From contig OZ237735.1 of assembly GCA_965178125.1 (NCBI GenBank), forward strand, positions 1,984,001 through 2,048,000: a stretch of 64,000 bases of DNA, given 5' to 3'. Shown in pieces: positions 38,953 to 49,702 of the stretch. The DNA comes from Bilabrum cf. latius (lineage: Eukaryota). Numbering within the stretch: position 1 is the first letter of the stretch; every line of letters starts with the position of its first letter. The notes beneath the pieces are model-generated. The model ran no database searches. It was not told where the DNA came from and saw only the letters and a program-made list of their open reading frames with translations. The translations under genes and the position numbers were made by a program.

Positions 38953-41900
38953 ATGCAAAGCGCGCGTGGGCGCTCCGTATCGCTAAATATATTGAATATA
39001 TTAGTATTGGCCACCGTGTTGATTGGTAAGAACTTTGATACAAGGTTTACCCAATGCGGCGCGGTTATGGCACCCGAGGCTCTGCGTCTCAAAGTCGCCC
39101 TCATTCTTTAAGTAATCTCTTCGTATGTCTCGCCGTGATACAAATTTGTTTATTGCAGGATTATGTGGGCACGGTATGCAAGGTGCTCAAGCAGACAGTG
39201 TAAAGGTATGACGCGTCTTTGCATGAAGACATATTCACTGTTGTATTTCGATCCACATTGGATCCCAAAACCAAATTCCCGTGGGTTTCTTCGCACACTA
39301 TTTCGCAGACAAATAGAGCCAGAAATTCCGTTCGCTTACGGGGGAAGCAGCAGCAATTACAGCCTGAGCAAAGCGCCGCGGGCGCACAAGCGCCCACAGG
39401 CGGCCAGCAGGTCCAGATGGGCGAGCTGCCAGCCGCGGTGCAGGCCAAGGTCAATTAGGCCGTGGAACACTTCAAAGCACAGCATGATAGCTCCAACGGG
39501 GGAGAACAGGCCCAGACCGCTGCGCCAGCTGCGCCTCAGGCTCCGGCACCCGCCGCAGCCGCTGCCCCTGCCCCTGCCCCTGCCCAGCCCGCGGCTCTCA
39601 AGCCCGCCCCGGCTGCAGCTGCTCCAGCCGTGGGAGCACCCAAGGCTCCAGCAGCTGCCCCTGCCCCAGCCCCTGCGAAGCCGGTGGCTGCTCCTGCTCT
39701 CCAGGCCGCCGCACCGGTTGCAACCAAGCAGCGCACCATGTCGGAGTGCCCCGACGGGCGGTGGGTGAGCAACCCAGACCTCTGCAGCAGCGGGAGCGCG
39801 CAGGCCTCTACACCTGCTTCTTCCCCTGTGTCGAGCGGCGTGGCCGTGGTGGGCGGTGAGATCCAGGGGCAGGCCTCGACTGCCACGGATGCAGAGGAGG
39901 CGCTGGAGCGGGCCCGAATCGCCTTGATGGGCGAAGGGGTCGACGGACTAGATGATGGATCCGCTGCCCCGATGGACGAAGGGGTCGATGGACTAGATGA
40001 TGGATCTGCTGCCCTGATGGGCGAAGGGGTCGATGGACTAGATGATGGATATGCTGAGTCCAGCGCCTATGGAGCTGCATCCTCTGGTGGTGAGGTGAGC
40101 GCGGTGGCTGAGGCTTACGCGAGCTGCGATGGAGGCGAGTCGGATGGGGGGGACTGCATCCACACGAGCACGCAGCACCACAGCGTGCAGGTGGGCAGTC
40201 CCACGGTGATAATCAACCTGAAGATGGACGGGCAGGGCGCTGTGTCCGAGGACAAGGGCGATGAGGAGGAGGGGGCCGAGGGTGCAGAGTCTGAGGAGGC
40301 AGCAGCCGGGGGCGAAGAGTAGGTGGAGGAGAGTGGAGAGGGCGAGGAGGCCCCTGGGGCTGCGCTGATGCAGCTGCGGTCCATGGCTCTAACACGTCTA
40401 CTCTCGGCTGCTGGCACTCAAAGCAGTGGTTCCATGTTGAGTGCTTTGGAAGCCGAGTTGCAAGACTTGGATGAGCCCACCGGTGAGGAGGACGCCCCGC
40501 TGTCGGAGGAGCCCTCTGCCCCTGCTGGCGAGGAGGACGCCCCGCTGTCGGAGGAGCCCTCTGCCCCTGCTGGTGAGGAGGACGCCCCGCTGTCGGAAGA
40601 ACCATCTGCTCTTGCTGGTGAGGAGGACGCCCCGCTGTCGGAAGAACCATCTGCTCTTGCTGGTGAGGAGGACGCCCCGCTGCCGGAAGAACCATCTGCT
40701 CTTGCTGGTGAGGAGGGCGCCCCTCCGTCGGAGGAACTATCTGAAGAGACCCAGGGCGAGCTGCCTCCCCCGGAGGCAGTGGGAGGGGACGAGCCCCCCA
40801 CTGAGGCCGACGGCGAAGTCGGAGAAGATGCTGGATCCAGCGCCGCCGACTCCAGCGATGCCGTCAAGGAGGTCGCCAAGGCGTAGGGCGAGGAGGACCT
40901 CGACGGTGTGCCCCTGCCCGAGCCCTCGGCCGAGGACAAGAAGAGCGGAGAGCCGCCTGCCGTGCCTGAGGAGGTCGAGAAGGAGTCCTTGGACGAGGCC
41001 ATCGAGGAGGAGGCAGAGGTCGCCAAGGTTCTCAAGAAGAAGGGCATTGACGTGCCCGTCCCTGTGAGCGCCCCGGCCCCTGGCGAGAAGGCCCCCAAGG
41101 TGGAGACCCCCAAGGACGCGGGGCCCATCACCAAGGAGGCAGAGAAGGAGCAGGCCAAGATCGAAGAGGCCGCGGAAGAGGTTTAGGAAGAGCTGGAAGA
41201 GAAGAAGGAAGAGACGGCGACGCCGTCCAAGGCCGAAGTAGCCCCAGCCCCCAAGGACTCTGGTGATGAGAAAGACGAGGAAGAACATGCCAAAGAGAAT
41301 CGTGTGGAGGAAGCTGAAGCTGACGAAGAGACAGAGGCCAAGGAGGAGCACAATGAGGAGTCGATTGAAGAGCCAAGCGTGGTGCAAGTGCTGCAGGACG
41401 CCCTCAAGGACGCCCGTCAGGAGCGCGACGAGGCCCAGGAGCAACTGCAGGACGTGCTGGACGAGCTCTGGAAGTCCCGCAAGCAGGTGCATGCTGCCAA
41501 GGAGGAGGGTTCCGAGGCCATGGACCTGGCCAAGAAGCAGCACCTGGCCAAGCTGCGCGAGGCCGTGAACAAGGCCATCGCCAAGGAGCGCGCTGTAGTT
41601 CGGGAGAAGGCCAATGAGCTGCAGGAGGCCGCGAAGGAGTCTGGAGATGATGAGGGCGACGTGGACGCTGGATCTGCGACCTCTGTGGAGGCGCTCCGTG
41701 ATGCCACCGCCAAGCTGCAGAAGCTGCAGGCGGCTCGCCAGAAGCTGGCCAAGGCCGATGGCGAGGACGTGCAGGAGGAGGAAGAAGACGGAAAGAGCGA
41801 GGATGCGGCTGCAGAGCACGTTGACAGCGCACTCAAGCTCGCCAAGGATGCAGCAGAGGGCGAGGAGGAAAAAGTCGACAAGGACGAAGAAGAAGAGGAA

Positions 41901-44900
41901 GCCAAGGCAAAGGATATCATCAGCTCTGGCTATGATGAGTCTGCGGAGAAGGAGAAGGCTGTCAGTGAGCGTGTGGATCGCGCCCTGGAGCTGGTCAAGA
42001 AGCTGCAGGAGCACGAGGACGGTACCGCCGAGGCCGCCATGCTCATGCAGGTCGGTGCCAGGCACAGCCGCCGGCTTGCAGCGCGCAAGCAGGCCGAGGA
42101 CGAGTCCATCGAGGAGCTGCTGGCCGAGACCGATGAAGTCGTAGGCAAGGACAAGGAGGAGCCTGCAAGCGAGTCGAACCAGGACTCGAACGAACTGGCC
42201 GATGAAGTGGAGCAGGCCTTGAGCGGTGCGAATAAGGAGGATGCTGCGCCCGATGCCAAGCCAGTCGCCGCCGCTTCTGCCTTGTCGACTTCGCCCCTCC
42301 GCCGTGTTGTGAGCACTGGGTTCGCGGGCGTTGGCGTGTCGACCGGTGCCTCTGAGCCTGACAGCGAGTCCAGCTCGTCTGCTGAGGAGGGTAAGATCAG
42401 CGAATAGGAGTCCAGCGAGAGCTTCGGTGTCCCCAGCACGTACGGCGAGACTGGCTCGCACTCGATCGAGGTGGCCCGCGGGCTGTGCCCCACCATGCAG
42501 AGCTGCGACGGGTGCGCCATCCTGCAGCAGTGCGCGTGGTGCAGCACGGGGCCGTCTGGCAGCTGCGTGGCCCGCGAAGACGCAGCATCGAGCGGATCGC
42601 TGTGCGTGGCTCGGTTTGGGGCTGAACACGATGTGGTTGCCCTGGTGTCCGGGTCGTCACCTGGTGTCAGCATCAACTCTTGCTCTGCCCTAGCCACAGC
42701 CAGTGAGCAGACACCCGTGGCTGAGTAGTCCGGCGAAGACTACGAGGCATCCTGCGATGGTGGCTAGTGCACAGAGGCGGGCACGGGCTCGCTGCAGAGC
42801 ACGATGGGATCCGATGTCGTCCTTGATCGATCGCACTTTCAGCCGAAGAGCGTGCTGGTGCTCGGCTCAGTCATGGAAGGCGGCGATGCTGTTGAAGACG
42901 AAGAAGGCGATGCGGTGGTTGGCGAGCCCGCTAAGGATGACGATGTTGCTCAGGATGACGATGTTGCTCAGGATGACGCGCCTGCTCAGGATGACGCGCC
43001 CGCTGAGGATGACGAGCCCGCCACAGCTGATTAGCAGACACCCGTGGCGGAGTAGTCCGGCAAAGACTACGAGGCATCCTGCGATGGTGGCTAGTGCACA
43101 GAGGCGGGCACGGGCTCGCTGCAGAGCACGATGGGATCCGATGTCGTCCTGGATCAATCGCACTTTCAGCCGAAGAGCGTGCTGGTGCTTCGGGTACATT
43201 CCGCTGAGAGCCCGAGACTTGGCTCCATCATGGAAGGCGGCGATGCTGTTGAAGACGAAGAAGACGATGCGGTGGTCGACGAGCCCGCTCAGGATGAAGA
43301 GCCCGCTGAGTTAGACTATGTCGCTGCAGGTGAGCATGAGGGCGAGAGCATCAGCCAGTACGACGAGTCAGAGCAGCAGACAGAGCGCATCTCGAGCGCC
43401 ATGCAGCAGGCCGAGGACATGCCCACGATCGACGAGGGCATGCACGGCCCCGTTGGTCCCGACGGCAGCGACGTTAAGGTGGTGATGGTGCCGTATGCCG
43501 TGCCGGTGCCCGTGCCCATGCCCATGCCACCGTCCGAGGAGGCCCCTGTGGAAGAGGAGGCCCCTGAATAGGAGGACATTGTGGAAGAGGAGGCCCCTGA
43601 AGAGTAGGATCCCATGGGTGGCAAGAGCCTCGAGCAGATGGTGGAGGAAGAGTCCGTGGCAGAGGCCGGCAACGCCATCCAGGACCAGGCTGACATGGAC
43701 ACTACAGAGGGCACGGAGATGGACATGGACGACGAGAGCCCGGACACTGAGGCGGCCATGGTGGCGAACGGCACCCTTGCGGAGGAGAACACCACCGCGA
43801 CTGAGGACTCTACTGTGGCTGAGGACCCCACTGTGGCTGAAGACCCCACCGCGACTGAGGACCCCACTGTGGGTGAGAACACCACCGCGACTGAGGACCC
43901 CACTGTGGGTGAGAACTCTACTGTTGCTGAGAAGTCTACTGTTGCTGAGGACTCTACTGTGGCTGAGGGTGCGGATGACGCCAAGTTCCGATCTGTGCGG
44001 TCGTCCGCGTCCTCCGGTGCTGCTAGCGCGATCGAGTCGGCCATGCACCGCGTGAGCAGCCTGCAGGACGGGGAGAGCGCCGAGAAGGTGGAGGAGGCGG
44101 CGGGTACTCTGGAGCGTCTGGAGTCCGGCGAGCCGCTGCCCTCGTCGGACAAGGACGGCGAGGAGGACACGGAGCAAGAGTAGGCCGAGAGCGACTCCGC
44201 CGAGGCAAGCGAGGACGTGACGCCGCTAGAGGCTGTGCGCCGGGCAGAAGCCACGGTGCGCAGCAAGCAGCAGGAGTATGCCGACGGCAAGGAAGAGTTG
44301 AAGGCAGCTGCCCAGGAGGTGAGCTCTGTGTTCCCCAAGGTGCGTGGCACGGCCCGTGAGCTGAGGACCAGTGGCAGGCGCGCCGAGTCGGCCGTGGAGA
44401 CGGCCCGCATGGCCCTCGATCTGGAAGACACCCCCAGCGCAGACGCTCTCTCCGAGGAGAAGGCGGCGCCCTCAAGACAGCAGCTGGCCACGTGGACCTC
44501 GCACGCGGGTCGCATCGACGACTCGCTGGCCGACCTGCAGAAGGCCAGGGAGGGCGGCGTGGCCGTGGTGGCTGAGCTGGAGGCCGCAGAGGAGAAGCGG
44601 CAGGACGCCGTGAAGAAGCTGCAGGACGCTACCGCCGGCCTGCACGAGGCACTGCTGGCTCTGGCCCAGGCCCGTCTGTCGCACGCCAAGTCCGAGTCCA
44701 GCCAGGCCACTGCCACGCTGGCGGGGGCCAGAGAGGCCAGCTCCAAGGCGCAGGCAGCCGCGCAGGAGGCCAGCAAGCAGAGGCGAGCGGCGGACGCAGA
44801 GCTCAACTCTGCGTAGCAATGCCTGATGGATGCCGAGCAGCAGGCGCAGCACGCCGCCGCGAGCGCTTCCAGTGGCACTGTGTCGCTGGAGGGTCCCAAG

Positions 44901-47900
44901 CAGGCTGTGCAGACCGCCGATGCCAAGGTGCGCGCTGCATCCGTGGAGGAGGAGTAGCGCCACGCAGACGCCGAGAAGGCTGCAGCCGTGGTGGTCAAGG
45001 CGCTGGCGCATGCGGACCAGGCCCGTGAGGCCGTGGAGGCCCTGAGCAAGCAGGTGTGCGACGCCAAGGAGGCCCTTGCGAGCGAGGAGTCCGGCGAGGT
45101 GAAGCTGGAGCCCGAGTGCGTGAACGACAGCCAGCAGAGCGCGCAGGATGCCCAGAATGAGGAGGTGCTCCGTCAGCAGCTGCAGCACAGCTTGAGCGTG
45201 GCAGGCAGCGCCGAGGGTGTGCTGAAGCGGCTTCACGACCGCGCTGTGGCTGCAGCAGAGGGTGCCAAGGCCACGGCCGAGGAGGACCGCGAGGAGGACG
45301 AGCGCATGACGGTGGAGGCCGAGAAGCAGGCCGCGGCAGCTGTGGGCGGTGGCGGCGAGGCCGGTGCGAAGGACATGATCGACGCCGCCAAGGGGTCCCC
45401 CGAGCTGAGCAAGTCCGCCGGGCATGCACAGAAGAAGCTCGAGGAGAAGCTGGGCGAGGCAGTTGCCGAGCCCATCTAGTCCGTCAAGGGCGAGTCCCCG
45501 CTGGATGGCGTGGAGGCTTCCATGCTGATGCAGCTGGGTGGAATGCCAGGCGCAGCGGGTATGACCCAGGCGGCGGAGCTGGACCTGGCCATGCAGGGCG
45601 GCATGCCTGCCTTCAAGCCCCTTCCCATGGCCAAGTGCGTCGGCGCTGTTCCCTCGCAGGGCTGCATGCAGCAGGCCCCCGAGCAGCTGTCCTCTGCCAA
45701 CTGCGAGGCGCGGCTGGCCCGCTCGCAGGCGGCCGTGGTGGCAGCCGAGCATGCTATGTCGCTTGCAGTGGTGGCGGAGGCGGCGGCCCAGCGGCAGGCG
45801 CAGTCTTCTCTGGGGAGCGCGGCAGCAGGCCCCGTCCGCCCCGATGCGGCTGCGGGTGCGTTCCGTCGCTTGCGAGAGCGGGAGGCGGTGGTGCGCCGGG
45901 CGCAGTCGGTGCTCGACCGCACGCACTCGAAGCTTGATTCGATTGAGGCAGCCTGCGGGGCTGCTTCATTTGGGGGAAACGCTGGCTTGTTCGATGGTTT
46001 GGATGGTGGTGATGCCGCCGGACACTCGTTCTACCGCATTGACGTCGGGTCTACCCCGGCGCAAGCAGCAGCCTCCGCTCCGAGTACCCCGTGGGGTGTA
46101 CCGACGGCCGGCGCGGGTCAGCACGGCATCATCGTGTCGACCGGAAGCGGTGGCATCACTGCAACCATCGGGAGCCAGCAGACCTCAGTGGCTCTGCTTC
46201 AGGCCGCCGGTAAGTCCAAGACGGTTGCGTCTCGATCGCGCTCCCGTAGGCTGCGAGGTGGCGCGTCAGCGGAGCCAGCTGCGGACACTACTTCTGTCGG
46301 TGACGTCGTTGTAGTGCCGATGCCGCTTGACAAGAAGGGGGAGACGCCTGTCAAGGCCCACTCAATCGCCTTGGAAGCGGCACGCCGAGCAATCGAGGCG
46401 GCCAAGGTTGCCGAGGCTGCTGCAATCCAGGCTCTCCAGGCATCCAATATGACCTTGAATCAGCGCAAGGAGGCCGAGGCAGCCCTCAATGCCACTGCCG
46501 AGCACGTTGAGGAAGCTGAGGCTGCGGCGGCCGAGGCAGCCGGGGCGGCTGTTGCCGTTGCGGCGACAGCCAATTTGACGATTCACGCACGGGCTGAGGC
46601 CAAGGCAGCCGCTGCTGACGCGGCGGAAGCATCGAGTCGCTCCAGGCACTCCGCATTTGACGCTGTGCGAGGTCAGGGCACTTCCGTGCGGCGTGAGAAG
46701 GAGGCCGCAGCAATGCGGGACGAGGCGGAGCGGCTCGCAGGGCTCGCCGGCAAGCATGCGCAGGCCGCCTTCGACCACGCTAAGAACGCAACCAAGGCGC
46801 TCCAGCTCGCCGGCAAGCATGAAATGACGGCTTCCAAGCACGCGCGCAACGCCACTGCTGCTCGCACTGCCGCTGAGGAGGCCGAGAATGCTGCTCGCGA
46901 TCACGCGCAACAGGCGATGCACCACGCAGAAAAGGCCAAGGAGCATAGCGACAAGGCCACTGAGATGGCTCAGCAGGCCGCCGAGCACGCCAAGTCGACA
47001 AATACGTTCGCTAAACAGAGCGAAGACCACGCTCTGACTGCGCAGAGCAGCTTGGAATCGGCTCGTTCCGATGCTGATGAGGCTGCGGAGCAGGCCACAG
47101 AGGCCAAGCGGCACGAGGGGCGGGCCCAGAGCTCGAGTCACGATGCCAAGGAGAGCGAGAAGACTGCGGCCCACGCCGTCACTGTAGCTCGCAAGCACGC
47201 GGAAGAGTCTGAGCAGCAGGCCGCCGAGAGCATCGCCTCGAGCAAGGAAGCAGCTGGGCACAGGAACGTAACCGAGAGCGCTGGTGCCGACACGAAGGAA
47301 CAGGCGAAGCGAGCAGCCGAGCTCGAGGACCAGGCAAAGGAACACGCCCGTACGGCCAACGTGTCTCGCGTGAGCGCCGGCATCAGTGCGTCGAATGCCA
47401 ACGCCAGCGCCACTGCGAGCGAGGAGCATAAGGACAACGCCGTGGATGCTGCCGAGAACGCCAAGTCCCACCACGAGAACGCAGTGGAAGCGAGCAAGAC
47501 TGCCTAGGCAAACCGATTGGCCGCAGCGAAGGCCGAATCGGACACCAAGGCCCACGCAGCTCGTGCCGAGGATGCCCTCGAAGCTGCCCGCGAGTCTGAG
47601 AAGACTGCCAAGGAGATGGCAGCCAGGGCCGAGGACGAGTCGGCGGGAGCGGCAGAATCCGCCAAGCTCTCTGCTAGCGCTCGAGCCAGCGCTGAGGCAG
47701 CCGCTGAATCCGCCGACCAGCACCGCGTCATTTCGATTGGCCACTCCGAGAACGCCGAGAAGCACAGGCAAGAGACGGCCGCCGCCCTGGAGGAGTCAAA
47801 CCGCGCCAAGGAGCGCCTCCATGCCAAGTCTGTGCAGATCAACGAGGCCACCGACCAAGCAGAGAAGGCAGCGGTGGCTGCCAAGGAACAGGAAGAGGTC

Positions 47901-49643
47901 TCCCAGGCGGAACGAATGGCTGCTGCCAAGCGAGCGGAGGAGGCGGCATCTCGCGCTGCGAATGCGGAGGGCTCCGCCAAAGCCGCTGGATCCGATGCCG
48001 AGGCAGCCGAGGGCCACGCCACCACTGCGGAGGCAGACCGCAAGGTCGCCGAGGCCCAGGCGAAGGCCATCGCCGGGCTCGAGTCGGCGACGAAGCAGCA
48101 CGCCGCCATGGCAGAGTCGCAGGCAGCTGCCGCGAAGAACGCGAGCACGACCGCGGGCATGGCCGCCGTAGCAGGCAAGGCCAGCGAAGACGAAGCAGCC
48201 AAGTCGCTCGCCAGCGCGAAAGAGAGTGCTACTGCAGCGGCCAATGCAAGATCGAAGGCAGAAGCTCTGCACAAGCAGGTCGACGGTAAGTTGGCCACTA
48301 CGTAGAGTCTGGCCAAGGCGTCTGCGGAGCATCAGGCGGCGATCAAGGCTGCGCTACCCACGGCACAGAGCACCGCTGACTTCATCGACGAGCACAGCAA
48401 GTCGTCCTCATCACAGGCAGCCCAGGCCAAGGCATCCGCTGAGAAGGCAAGCGAGGCCCAGAAACAGGCGGCATCGAACAAGGCCGAGGCTGACAAGATG
48501 GCCAATGCTGCAGAGGCTCACGCGCATGCCGCCAAGAAGCACGCAGACGCCGCCTCGGGCCACTCGACCCAGGCTGCCAAGGCCAAGGATGCTGCCCACG
48601 CGCAGCAGGTCAAGGCTGCGCAAGCCGTCGAGGGGGCGTAGCGTGAAGCGAACCGGGCGAACATCGAGAAGACGAGGGTCCACGGGAACCGTGATAACGT
48701 CCAGAACATGAAGAATCAGGCAGCTGCCGCGATCAAGCCAGCCGAGGCGGACAAGAACCTTGCAGTGAAGGCGCGCGACGCCGCCAAGATCGCAAAGTAC
48801 AAGCCATGCGTGATTCACCACCATCGCTGGAGCTGGGGCAACTACTACAAGCGGCGGCGGGCCGAGTCGCCCGAGGATTGCTGCCAGCAGTGCGAGCGCG
48901 ACAGCAGGTGCAAGCTGACAATTTGGAATCATCATCGCTATTGCTATTTCCTGACCAAGCGAACACGCGGGTTTCATTACAACTCGGCGCACACCGTCAA
49001 CGTTCCGCAGTCTAGCTCGCTCCTGCAGGTGGACTCGAGCCATGAACAATCCGTAGAAATGGCAATCGAGGCCGGCGTGGCCAGCGGCGCGATCCTCAAG
49101 GTACCTCGTAGCGGTCCACCAGGCGGCATCCCGGGCGCGCAGTCCTTCCTGGACCTGCATGCGGAGGGTGTTGACGTGCCGGTGGCAGGCGCGAGCCAAG
49201 CCGAGGTAGATGAGGCGGAGGCGGAGGCAGAGGCGAGGAGCCAGGTGTTGGTGGATGCAGACGTGGCGGGCCAGCTTGCAATGGCCCTCTCGGATTCGGG
49301 CAGGAGCAGGAGCATGTTGGCTGAAGAGGCTAGGGTTGCGATTGATAGGGCGTCATCTCGTGCCCTTGGTTTCTTGCAAGGATAGGCAGTTGCTGGACGA
49401 CTCGGTGCGTCGTCTGGCCAATCGAAGGCAACACCGTCTTCAAAGGCACTCTCTCGATAGAGTGCGGCTGAAGAGGCGTAGCTGGTGGAGGCAGTGAAGA
49501 CATAGCGAGAGCTGATGATGGGCAACATGCTGCCACCTGCCCCTCATGGGGCTATATATGAGGAGGCGAAGGCGTTCATCGAAGCGCATGACCCGTTGTT
49601 GCAAGGGATCGCTGAGCTGAACGCCAGGAAGGGTTTTGAATGA
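38953..49643 (+). CDS. Giant secreted acidic/Ala-rich coiled-coil protein, paralogue B (~3,484 aa); model join(38953..39025,39159..39205,39309..49643)
   Basis: One 10.3-kb frame broken only by about 23 TAGs; TGA at 49641-49643. The 73- and 47-nt leader exons have the same sizes and phases as paralogue A and encode the signal peptide MQSARGRSVSLNILNILVLATVLIGLC. Homology to A extends to the C-terminus (GAIYEEAKAFIEAHDP vs GDLYRQTKDFIKSHDP). Confidence 0.85.
40483..40745 (+). repeat. Coding minisatellite, ~6 x 45 bp (GEEDAPLSEEPSA[P/L]A)
   Basis: Direct repeats of GGTGAGGAGGACGCCCCGCTGTCGGA(G/A)GA... Absent from paralogue A. Confidence 0.92.
42700..43310 (+). repeat. Internal ~327-bp tandem duplication (mirrored at ~32860-33465)
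   Basis: QTPVAE*SG(E/K)DYEASCDGG*CTEAGTGSLQSTMGSDVVLD occurs twice in each paralogue. Confidence 0.88.
43785..43968 (+). repeat. Coding 18-bp tandem repeats, E(D/N/K)(S/P/T)T(V/A)(A/T/G) (mirrored at ~32180-32390)
   Basis: Units such as GAGGACTCTACTGTGGCT. Copy number and order differ between the paralogues. Confidence 0.88.
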
Positions 49644-49702
49644 TTTGTTTACATATTCAGATACTCCGTTAAATTTTTGCGTCGCACGACTTCAGTTGTG
49701 TC

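Larger units (their letters stand above)
39393..45960 (+). repeat. Right arm of ~6.6-kb near-identical inverted duplication
   Basis: Partner of 30190-36814. The ~2.6-kb spacer contains the leader exons and the YdjC gene. Confidence 0.92.

Noticed and set aside
40483-40745. CRISPR-like array
   Set aside because: The 45-bp units are contiguous, in frame and lack unique spacers, in a eukaryotic coding context.
30190-45960. Transposon or Polinton/virophage terminal inverted repeats
   Set aside because: The arms are coding parts of two intron-bearing paralogues. The spacer holds YdjC and no transposase, integrase, polymerase or capsid gene.
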